The notes below the pieces were generated by a model. That model ran no database searches. It was given only the letters and a program-made list of their open reading frames with translations, and had not been told where the DNA came from. From positions 114,130-178,129 of the forward strand of contig CAYXLR010000001.1 of NCBI GenBank assembly GCA_964466035.1: a stretch of 64,000 nucleotides of DNA. The letters run 5' to 3'. Shown here in pieces: positions 27,988 through 41,869 of this stretch. Source of the DNA: an uncultured Thermotogae bacterium (GTDB lineage Bacteria; Bipolaricaulota; Bipolaricaulia; UBA7950; UBA9294). Each line of letters opens with the position of its first letter. Position 1 is the stretch's first letter. The position numbers and the translations under genes were made by a program.

Positions 27988-29027
27988 TTGCCGTCCGATA
28001 ACATCCTGCTAGACGTCAAGGGGCTCGTGAAGTACTTCCCGGTTCGAAAAGGGATCTTCCGGCGAACCGTGGCCCACGTCAAGGCAGTCGACAACGTCGA
28101 CATGTTCATCCCCGAGGGGGAGACGCTCGGTCTGGTCGGGGAGAGCGGCTGCGGCAAGACGACCGCCGGCCGGACCATCCTTCGGCTGATCGAACCGACG
28201 GCCGGAGACATCCTCTTTCGGAGCAAGAAGCTCGCGCCTCCGGGCGAGGAGGCGGCCGAGATCGACGTGGCCAAGGTCTCCCGCAAGGAGCTGAAAGCGC
28301 TCCGGCGCGAGATGCAGATCATCTTTCAGGATCCGTATTCCTCGCTCAACCCGCGGATGACGGTCGGGGCGATCGTCGGCGAGCCGCTTCTCGTCCACGG
28401 GATGGCGAAGGGCGCCGAACGGGAGGATCGCGTCAAGGCGCTCCTCGCCGCGGTCGGGCTGAAGCCGGATCACATGAAGCGGTACCCGCACGAGTTCTCC
28501 GGCGGACAGCGGCAGAGGATCGGCGTCGCCCGCGCGTTGGCGCTCGACCCGCAGCTGATCATCTGCGACGAGCCGGTCTCGGCGCTCGACGTGTCGATTC
28601 AGGCCCAGGTCATCAACCTGCTGGAGGACCTGCAGGGCGAGTTCGGCCTGACGTACCTGTTCATCGCGCACGACCTCTCCGTCGTGCGGCACATCAGCAC
28701 GCGCGTCGCCGTGATGTACCTCGGCAAGATCGCTGAGCTGGCGCAGACCGAGGAGCTGTTCACGCACCCGAAGCATCCGTACACCGAGGCGCTGATGTCG
28801 GCTGTCCCGGTGCCGGACCCGTCCTGGGCGGTCGAGCGGATCCTCCTCGAGGGGGACGTGCCGAGCCCGGTCGCTCCGCCGCCCGGCTGCTATTTCCATC
28901 CGCGGTGCCGGTACGCGAAGGACATCTGCAAGACCGAAGAACCGGAGTATCGGAACCTCGGTGGCCTGCACTTCGCCACGTGCCACTTCGCCGACACGCT
29001 CGATCTCCAACCGATCAAGAGCGAGGC

Positions 29028-29031
<4 letters not shown>
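27988..29031 (+). CDS. oppF: Oligopeptide/dipeptide-type ABC transporter ATP-binding protein (OppF/DppF family)
   Basis: [33 protein letters not shown]-terminal [18 protein letters not shown] start with GAGGTGA upstream. Confidence 0.85.
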
Positions 29032-30742
<1,711 letters not shown>

Positions 30743-30750
30743 TCACACGT

Positions 30751-30932
30751 CTACTTCTCGTCGTACTCTGCATCGATGTCTGCGCCGTCTTTCGACGGCG
30801 TCTCGCCCTTTGTCGTCGCTTCGTCGGTCGGCTCCGTCCGTTTACTTCTCGTCGTACTCCGTGTCGATGTCTGCGCCGTCTTTCGACGGCGTTTCGCCCT
30901 TTGTTGTCGCTTCGCCGGTCGGCTCCGTCCGT
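30751..30932 (-). repeat. Two 91-bp tandem units in the dnaK-dnaJ spacer, each a copy of the dnaK 3' terminus plus a GNRA hairpin
   Basis: U1 30751-30841 and U2 30842-30932 differ at 7 of 91 positions. In mRNA sense each ends ...GADID(A/T)EYDEK-stop, copying the dnaK end [13 protein letters not shown] at 30933-30965. Each has CGCCGTC-GAAA-GACGGCG (30783-30800, 30874-30891). Confidence 0.9.
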
Positions 30933-32780
30933 CTACTTCTCGTCGTACTCCGCATCGATGTAGTCGCCGTCGTCCTCGTCGTCCGAGCCCGTCTCGCCGC
31001 CGCCCGGCGCGGCGCCTCCGGTGGCCTTCTGGGTCTCCTTGTACGCCTCGGCGGCGATCTCCTGCGACGCCTTGGCGAGCTCGTCGGTCTCCCTTCGGAT
31101 GTCCGCGATGGAGGCGTTCTTGTCGAGCTTCTCCCGCAGGCGTCGGACCCGATCCTCGATGTCGGATCGCTTGGCCGCGTCGACCTTCTCGCCCAAATCG
31201 GAAAGCGCCTTCTCCACCGAGTAGATCAGTTGATCGGCCTGGTTGCGGGCCTCGACCAGCTCGCTCTTCCGCTTGTCCTCCTCGGTGTGCTCCTCGGCCT
31301 CCACCCGCATCCGCTCGATCTCGGACTCGTCGAGCCTCGAGGAGTCCTGAATCGTGATCGACGAGCTCTTCGACGTCGCCTTGTCCTTCGCGGTGACGTG
31401 AAGGATCCCGTCGGCGTCGATGTTGAACGACACGTCGATCTGCGGGATCCCGCGCGGGGCCGGAGGGAGCCCGGTCAGCTGGAACTTGCCGAGCGACTTG
31501 TTGTCGGCGGCCATCTTCCGTTCTCCCTGCACGACGTGGATCTCGACCGCCGGTTGGTTGTCCTCGGCGGTGGTGAACGTCTTCGCCTTCTCGGTCGGGA
31601 TCGTCGTGTTCCGCTCGATCAGCGGCGTCGCGACGCCGCCGAGCGTCTCGATGGAGAGCGTCAACGGCGTGACGTCGAGGAGGACGATCTCGTCGACCTC
31701 GCCGGCGAGGACGCCGCCCTGGATCGCCGCGCCGGCGGCGACGACCTCGTCGGGGTTGATCTCCCGGTTCGTCTTCTCCGGGACGCGGCTGGCGATCAGC
31801 TGTTGGACCTTCGGGATCCGCGTCGACCCGCCGACGAGAACGACCTGGTCGATGTCGTCGGGGCCCTTCCCCGCCTCGCGGAGCGTCGCGTCGACGACGT
31901 TGATCGTCCGCTGGAGGTAGTCGTCGATCATCCCCTCGAACTTGGCCCGCGACAGCTTCTTCTCGAGGTGCTTCGGCCCGCTCGCGTCCGCGGTGATGTA
32001 CGGAAGGTGGATCGTCGTCTCCATCCGGGTCGACAGTTCCTTCTTCGCCGCCTCGCTGGCGTCCTTCAGTCGCTGCAGCGCGCTCGGGTCCTTTGACAGA
32101 TCGATCCCCGTGTCCTTGCGGAACTCCTCGACGAGCCAGTCGATGATCCGCTGATCGAAGTCGTCTCCCCCGAGGCGCGTGTCGCCGTCGGTGGCGAGGA
32201 CGTCGAAGACGCCGTCTCCGATCTCGAGGATCGAGACGTCGAACGTGCCGCCGCCGAGATCGTAGACGAGGATCGTCTGATCGTGCTCCTTGTCGAGGCC
32301 GTAGGCGAGGGCGGCCGCCGTCGGCTCGTTGATGATCCGCATGACCTCGAGGCCGGCAATCCTCCCCGCGTCCTTCGTCGCCTGTCGCTGCGAGTCGTTG
32401 AAGTAGGCCGGGACGGTGATCACCGCCTTGACGACCTTCCCTCCGAGGTGCGCCTCCGCGTCGCTCTTCAGCTTCTGAAGGATCATCGACGAGATCTGCT
32501 CGGGGGTGTACGTCTCCTCCTTTCCGTCGGTCGAGATGTGCACGCGATGGTCGGTTCCCATCTCGCGCTTGATCGAGGCGACGGTGTTCTTCGGGTTGGT
32601 GATCGCCTGGCGCTTGGCGAGCCGCCCGACGAGACGCTCACCGGTCTCGGTGAACGCGACGACCGACGGGGTGACGCGTTCCCCTTCCGCGTTGGTGATC
32701 ACCTCCGGCGTGCCGGCCTCGAGAACGGCGACACACGAGTTGGTCGTCCCCAAATCGATCCCAATGATCTTCTCCTTCAT
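30933..32780 (-). CDS. dnaK: Molecular chaperone DnaK (Hsp70)
   Basis: ORF track 30933..33212 trimmed to ATG 32780 (AGGAGG upstream; ATGA overlap with the grpE stop). [19 protein letters not shown]..., [12 protein letters not shown], full-length Hsp70. Confidence 0.95.
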   Translation of the reverse strand: MKEKIIGIDLGTTNSCVAVLEAGTPEVITNAEGERVTPSVVAFTETGERLVGRLAKRQAITNPKNTVASIKREMGTDHRVHISTDGKEETYTPEQISSMILQKLKSDAEAHLGGKVVKAVITVPAYFNDSQRQATKDAGRIAGLEVMRIINEPTAAALAYGLDKEHDQTILVYDLGGGTFDVSILEIGDGVFDVLATDGDTRLGGDDFDQRIIDWLVEEFRKDTGIDLSKDPSALQRLKDASEAAKKELSTRMETTIHLPYITADASGPKHLEKKLSRAKFEGMIDDYLQRTINVVDATLREAGKGPDDIDQVVLVGGSTRIPKVQQLIASRVPEKTNREINPDEVVAAGAAIQGGVLAGEVDEIVLLDVTPLTLSIETLGGVATPLIERNTTIPTEKAKTFTTAEDNQPAVEIHVVQGERKMAADNKSLGKFQLTGLPPAPRGIPQIDVSFNIDADGILHVTAKDKATSKSSSITIQDSSRLDESEIERMRVEAEEHTEEDKRKSELVEARNQADQLIYSVEKALSDLGEKVDAAKRSDIEDRVRRLREKLDKNASIADIRRETDELAKASQEIAAEAYKETQKATGGAAPGGGETGSDDEDDGDYIDAEYDEK

Positions 32781-33295
32781 GCTTTCTCCTCCTGTACGGC
32801 GGGCCCTCGGCTGACGGTGACTTTGCTGACGCGCAGGACCCGTCCGTTTCTTCGATAACCGGGTGAGAATTCCTCGATGATCGTGTTCTTCTCCTCTTCG
32901 CTCGGCGCCGCAAGCAGCGCCTCGTGAAGCGTGGGGTCGAACGGAGTCCCGACGGACGGGATCCTTTCGACGCCGCGCTGCTCGAGGATCCGTGCGAACT
33001 GGGCGAAGATCTGCTCCACGCCGGCGACGAACGCCTCCACGTTCTGGTCGTCCGCGTAGCTGCGGAACGCCCGCTCCAGGTTCTCGTAGGGCGTCAGGAA
33101 CTCGAGGAGCGCCTGATCGACGACCCGCTCTTCCAGCGTCGCGATGTCTCGCGCCGTCCGCTTCTTGTAGTTCTCGAACTCGGCCTGCAATCGCCGAAGC
33201 CGGTCGATGCACGACGAGAGCTCGGTCGCTTCCTGTTCGACCGGCGCCTCGGCCGGCTCCTCGACCCGGTCGTGGTTTTTCTTCTCTTCGCTCAT
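32777..33295 (-). CDS. grpE: Nucleotide exchange factor GrpE
   Basis: Trimmed to ATG 33295 (ATGA overlap with the hrcA stop). [15 protein letters not shown]..., [20 protein letters not shown]. Confidence 0.9.
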   Translation of the reverse strand: MSEEKKNHDRVEEPAEAPVEQEATELSSCIDRLRRLQAEFENYKKRTARDIATLEERVVDQALLEFLTPYENLERAFRSYADDQNVEAFVAGVEQIFAQFARILEQRGVERIPSVGTPFDPTLHEALLAAPSEEEKNTIIEEFSPGYRRNGRVLRVSKVTVSRGPAVQEEKA

Positions 33296-34365
33296 TCGCC
33301 TATCCTTTCGGAGCTCTGGGCCCCCGAGCTCACCAGCAGCCCCTCCAGTCGGTTGGCGACGTAGCTCGCGGTGGAGAGCGCCCGCCCGTAGTCCATCCAC
33401 AGCGGTCCGATCACGCCGAGGGCCCCCGCGTGGGGGCGGTAGCTGCAGCTGACGACGGAGAATTCGTCCAATCCGGGCAACGGGAAGTCCCCGATGTTGA
33501 CGACGAGGCCCTCCCTTTCCGCGCGGGCCTTTGACAGCGCCTCGATGAACCCGGTCTCGTCCCGGACGGCGTGGCTGAAGCTGACGAAGTGGGCCATCGC
33601 GCGATCGGGCGCCGTCTGCTTCAACGCGTCGGTCAGGTTCAGCAGACCGTCGAATCGAACCGACCGCTGCGTCCGGCGCTGCAGGAGCCGCTGCAGGACG
33701 AGAATCGCCTGCCGGACCGGGCGCTCGTACCATCCCTCCGATTCGTCGGCGTCGGGGAGCGTGCGGACTTCCGAGAGATGTACCCCGTGGAGGTTCTCGT
33801 TGATCAGCTGCATGATGTGATCGATCTCGACCGGCGACAGATCGTCGTCCAACGGGACGAGGCCGTGCTCGACGATCCCGATGTCGGAGAGGATCAACAG
33901 GAACGCCAAACGCTCGTCCATTCTCAGCAATACGACCCGATCGAGCTTCGTTTCGTCCGGCCGTGGCGGGACGACGAACGACGCGCAGCCGGTGATGTTC
34001 CCGAGGAGAAACGCCGTCTGGCGGATCGTTTCCTCCACGTCGAGACACCGCGATTCGGCCAGCTCGACGATCTCGAGGCGTTCCTCGCGCGTCAGTTCCG
34101 ACAGATCGAGCAGCCACTCGACGAAGAACCGGTACCCTTCCTTGGTCGGGATCCGCCCCGAAGACGAGTACGGCTTCTCGATGTAGCCGGCGGCCTCGAG
34201 GTCGTTCATGTCGTTTCGGACCGTGGCGGAGCTGACCGCCAGGCCGTAGTCCTCGAGGATCATCCGAGACGAAACGGGTTCGCGGAGCCGGATGTACCGG
34301 TCGACGATTTCCTTCAGAATCAGCCGCTGTCTCTCGGGGAGATCCCTATCATTAGCACTCTGCAT
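33292..34365 (-). CDS. hrcA: Heat-inducible transcription repressor HrcA
   Basis: [63 protein letters not shown]... Heads the grpE-dnaK-dnaJ operon. Confidence 0.9.
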   Translation of the reverse strand: MQSANDRDLPERQRLILKEIVDRYIRLREPVSSRMILEDYGLAVSSATVRNDMNDLEAAGYIEKPYSSSGRIPTKEGYRFFVEWLLDLSELTREERLEIVELAESRCLDVEETIRQTAFLLGNITGCASFVVPPRPDETKLDRVVLLRMDERLAFLLILSDIGIVEHGLVPLDDDLSPVEIDHIMQLINENLHGVHLSEVRTLPDADESEGWYERPVRQAILVLQRLLQRRTQRSVRFDGLLNLTDALKQTAPDRAMAHFVSFSHAVRDETGFIEALSKARAEREGLVVNIGDFPLPGLDEFSVVSCSYRPHAGALGVIGPLWMDYGRALSTASYVANRLEGLLVSSGAQSSERIGE

Positions 34366-34378
34366 GTTAGTTTGCTAA
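34352..34378. promoter_or_regulatory. CIRCE-like HrcA operator overlapping the hrcA start codon
   Basis: TTAGCACTC-N9-GTTTGCTAA versus consensus TTAGCACTC-N9-GAGTGCTAA (2 mismatches in one arm). The hrcA ATG (34365-34363) lies in the 9-nt spacer. Confidence 0.7.
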
Positions 34379-34406
34379 TGGTAGTCCGTGGGACAGGATC
34401 TGTCAA
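34378..34406 (-). promoter_or_regulatory. Sigma70-type promoter of the hrcA operon
   Basis: Minus strand TTGACA (34406-34401), 17 nt, TACCAT (34383-34378). The -10 element abuts the CIRCE element. Confidence 0.55.
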
Positions 34407-34481
34407 CAGAGACACGTGATCTTTGGACTGAAATCGCGTCGGCGGACCGCTCCGGGTGGAGCTTCGGCCCCGGGGCTCACC

Positions 34482-37067
<2,586 letters not shown>

Positions 37068-37085
37068 GAAGGATCACGCGGTCAG

Positions 37086-37504
37086 TATAGGGGCGAGCTT
37101 GATTCCCGCAAGAGATTGGGATGGGAAGACGCAACTGGAGTGCAGTTAGGGTGTTGGCTCTGTCCTGTTGCTCGGCTCTCCGAGCCTCGCAGTAGGGGCG
37201 AGCTTTCTTCACGCAAGGGACTGGAACAGGAATGCGTGTTGGGAACGTAGCACGGCGTCTTGCCTGTCCTGTTGCTTGGCTCTTCGAGCCTCGCAATAGC
37301 CACGGATTCCTGCGACTGAAAGGCTGCCATGCGGCGGGCGACACGCGACTCCGCGGAGGTAGTTCCGTCAGGCTGCTGCTTCGGCGCTACACGCCTCGCA
37401 GTAGGAGCGAATTTCATTACCACAAGGAGCTGGGACGGGAAAGCGGACGTGGGATGTGATCCGAACGCTGGTCGTGTCCTGTTGCTTGGCTCTTCGAGCC
37501 TCGC
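37086..37504. repeat. Tandem array of four ~104-nt structured units between the Wzy/TPR gene and secA
   Basis: Units at approx. 37086-37192, 37193-37296, 37297-37400 and 37401-37504. Units 1, 2 and 4 share TAGGGGCGAGCTT...TGTCCTGTTGCT(T/C)GGCTCT(T/C)CGAGCCTCGC. Unit 3 keeps only the ends. No credible ORF. Confidence 0.85.
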
Positions 37505-37520
37505 GCGGAATTCCGCCGCT

Positions 37521-39635
37521 TCAGGGAGAGTCGGCGGGGGGGAGCCCTTCGAGCCTCTCCAGAACGGTGTCGCGCTCCTGCCGGAGGCGCTCGATGTCGG
37601 TGCGAAGCTTGCCGTACTCCTCCGCGGTGATGGTCTCCTGCCTCGCGAGGCGTTCCTGGGCGTCGGCCAGCTTGTCGTCGATCGTCCGAAGCGCCGTCTC
37701 GAACGCACGTCGGGCCTCGTTCGGCATTCCGCGTGCCTCGTAGACCAAGCCGAGCCCGATGTGCGCCGCTTCGAACCGTGGCGCGTCGGCGATCAGCTGC
37801 TCGAACAGGCCGGTCGCTTCGAGGCGGTCGCCGACTTGCGCGGTGATGACCGCCTTGAGGTAGCGGGACCGGACGGCGACTTCCTCCCGGGGATGCGTGG
37901 CCAGAAGCAGGTCGATCGTCTCGAGTGCCCGGTCGAACTGACGCGCGTTCGTCGCTAGGTTCGCGTAGTTGAGATACACCGTCTCGTCGACGAAGCGGGT
38001 AGAGCAGCGCTCGAGGTTCGCCCACGCCTCGTCGTAGGCCCCGAGCTCGATCTGCACCACGGCGAGGTGGTAGTAGGTCTGGCGCGGGGCGAAGTCGAGG
38101 TCGAGGCTCCGCTCGAGAAGCGATTCCGCTCCGCGGAGGTTGCCGAGCTGCGCCTGCTCGATCCCCTTGCTCATGAGGAGGTTCGCGCTGATGTCGCGTA
38201 CGGCGACGACGGACACGATCAGCCCGATCACGGTGACGGCGGCCAGCGCGCCCTTCAGCTTCCAGCCGACCAGCTCCACGCTCCGCAGCGCCGCATCCCC
38301 GTAGGCGCGCGAGAAGGCCAGGCCGCCGACGACCACGAGGACGAGGGACGACGCGGGCAGGTGCGCGGGAAAGCTGACGAGGCCGTGGACCAGAAACGCG
38401 ACGATCCCGCACGAGAAGAGAAGGAGGTCGAGCCGGTTCGTCTCGTCGTTCGATCGCGTTCGCTTCCAGAGGGAGACGACGAGGACAACGAGGAACGACG
38501 CGGCGGCGAGGACCCCCAGGATGCCGAGCTCCGCGAGGACCTGTACGTATTCGTTGTGGGCCTGCGCCGCTCGATCGATGTAGAAGTCGTAGGCCTCTCC
38601 GCGGGACGTGGCGAGAAACTCCGCCTTGTACGGGATGAAGTTCAGCTTGTAATTGCCGAGGCCGACGCCGGTCATGGGGTGGTCCTTGAACATCTCCCAG
38701 CCGATCCACCAGTCCCACGATCGAACGGCACCGGAGTTCCGCTCCCACCATCGTGCGATCCGCGACGAATCGGACCTCGAGAGGCCGACGATCGAGTTCA
38801 ACGGGCCGGACGGCGCCTCGACCAGGAACGTCACGACGAGCGCGCCGATCAGGATCAAAAGCCAGACCCGATTCCGGCGAGTCGGCTCGATCGGTCGGAA
38901 GATCAACCATCCGAGGAGGAACGCGACGGCGGCGACGATCAGCGCGGCCACCGTGCCGGCCTGCTGGACGATCAGGACCATCCCGAAGCAGAACGCGATC
39001 AGAAGAATCGAGGACAGCTTCACCCAGCGGGAGCGGGGCCGGACGACGAGAACGACCGCCGGGAAGAGCAGGTAGGCCAGGAATCCGCCGAGGTAGTTGC
39101 GGTTTCCCATCGTGGAGATCACCGCGTTCAGCCCGCTCGTTCCCGCGGGGCCGCGCATGACCCCGAGGTACTGGAGCATCCCGTACAACGCCACGAGGAA
39201 CCCGGACGCGAGGAGCGCAAAGAGCAACAGGTTGGCGTCCCGCTGATCCCGGGCGGCGTTGGCGATGATGAGCATCAGCAACAGGAAAAAGACGATCAGC
39301 ACCAGGCTCTGCACGACGACGCGGCCGTTCGTCGCGTACAGCAGAGAGAGAAGCGACGCGGCGACGAACCCGAGAACGGGGAACGCGATCCACGGAAGGC
39401 GGATCGACCACGTCCCTTTCTGCCACGCCGAGAGCCCCCACAGGACCGCGAGGACGGAGACGCCGATCAGCGCAACGATCGTCTTCCCGTATCCGTACTC
39501 CGAGATCCCGGGCCAGATGAACAGCGGCAGCGCGAAGACGAGGAACAGCACGGCGTAGAAGAGGACCCGATCGAGCGGGACGGACGGCGTGGCAAACGCG
39601 GGCTGTTTCTTCCGTTTCCCCCTCTTCTTGGCCAT
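37521..39635 (-). CDS. O-antigen ligase/polymerase-like (Wzy_C) membrane protein with C-terminal TPR domain
   Basis: About 10 TM helices, with GNRNYLGGFLAYLL and HNEYVQVLAELGILG (Wzy_C-like loop). Followed by TPR-like repeats (YYHLAVVQIELGAYDEAWANLERC...) and a coiled-coil tail. Confidence 0.75.
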   Translation of the reverse strand: MAKKRGKRKKQPAFATPSVPLDRVLFYAVLFLVFALPLFIWPGISEYGYGKTIVALIGVSVLAVLWGLSAWQKGTWSIRLPWIAFPVLGFVAASLLSLLYATNGRVVVQSLVLIVFFLLLMLIIANAARDQRDANLLLFALLASGFLVALYGMLQYLGVMRGPAGTSGLNAVISTMGNRNYLGGFLAYLLFPAVVLVVRPRSRWVKLSSILLIAFCFGMVLIVQQAGTVAALIVAAVAFLLGWLIFRPIEPTRRNRVWLLILIGALVVTFLVEAPSGPLNSIVGLSRSDSSRIARWWERNSGAVRSWDWWIGWEMFKDHPMTGVGLGNYKLNFIPYKAEFLATSRGEAYDFYIDRAAQAHNEYVQVLAELGILGVLAAASFLVVLVVSLWKRTRSNDETNRLDLLLFSCGIVAFLVHGLVSFPAHLPASSLVLVVVGGLAFSRAYGDAALRSVELVGWKLKGALAAVTVIGLIVSVVAVRDISANLLMSKGIEQAQLGNLRGAESLLERSLDLDFAPRQTYYHLAVVQIELGAYDEAWANLERCSTRFVDETVYLNYANLATNARQFDRALETIDLLLATHPREEVAVRSRYLKAVITAQVGDRLEATGLFEQLIADAPRFEAAHIGLGLVYEARGMPNEARRAFETALRTIDDKLADAQERLARQETITAEEYGKLRTDIERLRQERDTVLERLEGLPPADSP

Positions 39636-39647
39636 GGCCGCCTCCGA

Positions 39648-40865
39648 TTATAGGGACGCGGGGGGCGTGGAGACAACGGGGGTTCGATCGGGCGGTTCAG
39701 CAGTCTCGCGTATCGCGATGTGCGGAAGGAGGCGGAGGACCTTCCCCCACATCTGCGGGCGCGCGGCCAGCTCGTCCGGGAGCCGGTGGAACCGGTCGAT
39801 GTCCGCGTGCACGGCGAGGAACGAGAGGAGGTCGGGATCGTCCAACGCGTCGATCATCGCGTCGAGCTCCCGATCGGAAAGCGCTCCGTAGATCCTTCGG
39901 AGCGACCGCCCGAACGCGATCTCGCGCCCGATCGCCGATTTCCACTCGGACTCGTAGGCCGCCGCCCGCCGCTTCGACGCACCGGAGAGCGCCATCCCGG
40001 CGGCGGTCCGCCCTGCGATCCGCGCGCAGATCCCGCCGAGGAAGAGCCCCCCTCCCGACAGCGGCTTCACCTGTCCGGCGGCGTCCCCGACGAGAAGGAC
40101 GGAATCGGCGGCCGTCCGCGGTGCCGGGGCAACGGGGATCCATCCGCCCGTCCGGGAGAGGACTTCGCACCCCGGGAATCGCGCCGACAGGAGGCGGTCG
40201 AGGTGCTCCGACGGATCGAACGGCGGGACGACGCCGAGCCCGACGCGCAGCCTCCCCTCCTCGGCCGGGACGGCCCACGCGAAGAAGCCGGGCGCGACCG
40301 CCTCGCCGAGGACGACCTCGATCCGGTCCGCAGGGATCGCCGAATCCGTCTCGACGACGGCCTGCGCGGCGTGGACGAACCGCTCCGGCGGCGGAAGACC
40401 GAACCACTGGGCGACCCGGCTGCGCGGCCCGTCCGCCCCGATCACGACGGGCGCGCTCACCTGCGTCGGCCCGTCGTCGGATGCCAGGACGATCGCATGG
40501 CGCGACGCCGACACGGCTTCGGTCGCGAGGCGAACGTCGACCCCCGCCGCCCGGGCGCGCTCGTGGAGCTCCCGCTCCACGCGGGTCCGATCGATGACGA
40601 GCGCCTTCGTGTGATCGGCGGAGAGTTCGAGCCGGTGTCCGTCGGGACCACGGACCGTAACGCCTCGGATCTCGCGTAGGACGCTCTCCGTCGAAACGCC
40701 GAGCGTCGCGAGCGTTCGGGGGCTGACCAAACCGGTGCAACAGGAAGAACGGTTCAGTTCGTCTCGGCGCTCGACGAGGAGGACCGACGCTCCCGCCTCG
40801 GCGGCGCACCGCGCGGCGACCGCACCGATCGGTCCTCCCCCGACAACCACCACCTGGGCGTGCAC
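39648..40865 (-). CDS. Geranylgeranyl-reductase-family FAD-dependent oxidoreductase
   Basis: VVVVGGGPIGAVAA dinucleotide fold, GADGPRSRV, FFAWAVP, LLVGDAAGQVKPLSGGGL. ORF track starts at TTG 40880; GTG 40865 follows GGAGGAAGG. Start uncertain. Confidence 0.75.
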   Translation of the reverse strand: MHAQVVVVGGGPIGAVAARCAAEAGASVLLVERRDELNRSSCCTGLVSPRTLATLGVSTESVLREIRGVTVRGPDGHRLELSADHTKALVIDRTRVERELHERARAAGVDVRLATEAVSASRHAIVLASDDGPTQVSAPVVIGADGPRSRVAQWFGLPPPERFVHAAQAVVETDSAIPADRIEVVLGEAVAPGFFAWAVPAEEGRLRVGLGVVPPFDPSEHLDRLLSARFPGCEVLSRTGGWIPVAPAPRTAADSVLLVGDAAGQVKPLSGGGLFLGGICARIAGRTAAGMALSGASKRRAAAYESEWKSAIGREIAFGRSLRRIYGALSDRELDAMIDALDDPDLLSFLAVHADIDRFHRLPDELAARPQMWGKVLRLLPHIAIRETAEPPDRTPVVSTPPASL

Positions 40866-40876
40866 CCTTCCTCCCC

Positions 40877-41869
40877 TCAAATCCCTTCGCGCTTCGGAGC
40901 ACGTGTCATGATCTCTTCCACCAAGGATAGCGGATCGGCTTCACCGTTGAGAAGCCGGACCACGGCCTCGGTGATCGGCATCTCGATCCCCCGTCCCTGG
41001 GCGATCTCGTGGACGACGGTCGTGGCGTGGACGCCCTCGGCGACCATGTCCATCTCGCCGAGGATCTCCTCGAGGCTCTCGCCGCGACCGAGCCGGCTGC
41101 CGACGTACCGGTTCCGGCTGTGCCGGCTGGTGCACGTCGCGACCAGATCGCCGAGCCCGGACAGCCCGAAGAACGTCGCATCGCGGACGCCGAACGTTCG
41201 GCCGAAGCGGACCATCTCGGCGAGTCCGCGCGTGATCAGGGCCGCGCGGCTGTTGTCCCCGTACCCGAGTCCGTCGGAGATCCCGGTCGCCAGCGCGATG
41301 ATGTTCTTCACCGTCGCGCAGAGCTCGACGCCGCGGATGTCCTCGGATAGATAGACGCGAAACCGGGGGCCGGCGATCTCCCGCTGCAGGCGGCTTCCCG
41401 TTTCGAGGTCGGCGCCGGCGAGGACGACGGCCGTCGGCACGTCCTTCCCGACCTCCTCGGCGTGGCTCGGCCCGGACAGCGTGAAGACGTTCGCCTCCGG
41501 GAGCGCCTGCCCGATCAGCTCGGACATCGTCCGTTTCGACGCGCGATCGATCCCCTTGGCGAGGTTGATCGCGATCGGAGACGGTGGGGCCACCGGGGCG
41601 AGCCGTTCCAGCAGATCGGCCATCCCGAACGACGGGACGGCGAGGACGAGGACCTCTCGATCGACGACCTCCGCGAGGTCGGCCGTCACGCACAGGCGCT
41701 CGATCGGCAGCTCGACGTCGGGAAGGTACTTGGCGTTCCGCCGGTCCCTGGCGATCGCCTCGGCCAGCTTCGCATCCCGGGCCCAGAGGGCGGTGTCGTG
41801 TCCGCCGATCGCGAGGAGACGGGCGATCGCGGTTCCCCATCCGCCGGCCCCGATGACGGCGAACCTCAT
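40877..41869 (-). CDS. gpsA: NAD(P)H-dependent glycerol-3-phosphate dehydrogenase
   Basis: ORF track 40877..44281 trimmed to ATG 41869 (ATGA overlap with the ctpA stop). MRFAVIGAGGWGTAIA..., NLAKGI, SGPSHAEEV, LGDLVATCTS. Confidence 0.9.
   Translation of the reverse strand: MRFAVIGAGGWGTAIARLLAIGGHDTALWARDAKLAEAIARDRRNAKYLPDVELPIERLCVTADLAEVVDREVLVLAVPSFGMADLLERLAPVAPPSPIAINLAKGIDRASKRTMSELIGQALPEANVFTLSGPSHAEEVGKDVPTAVVLAGADLETGSRLQREIAGPRFRVYLSEDIRGVELCATVKNIIALATGISDGLGYGDNSRAALITRGLAEMVRFGRTFGVRDATFFGLSGLGDLVATCTSRHSRNRYVGSRLGRGESLEEILGEMDMVAEGVHATTVVHEIAQGRGIEMPITEAVVRLLNGEADPLSLVEEIMTRAPKREGI

Noticed and set aside
30933-30968. Programmed read-through or frameshift that would let ribosomes translate the downstream DnaK tail copies
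   Set aside because: The units are offset by +1 and each is preceded by a stop. No slippery heptamer or stimulatory context is visible at the dnaK stop (GAG AAG TAG ACG). It is kept only as something Ribo-seq could test.
37086-37504. The tandem arrays here and at 61203..61690 as CRISPR arrays
   Set aside because: The units are 104-122 nt and contiguous, with no unique spacers of constant length. No cas genes or leader are nearby.
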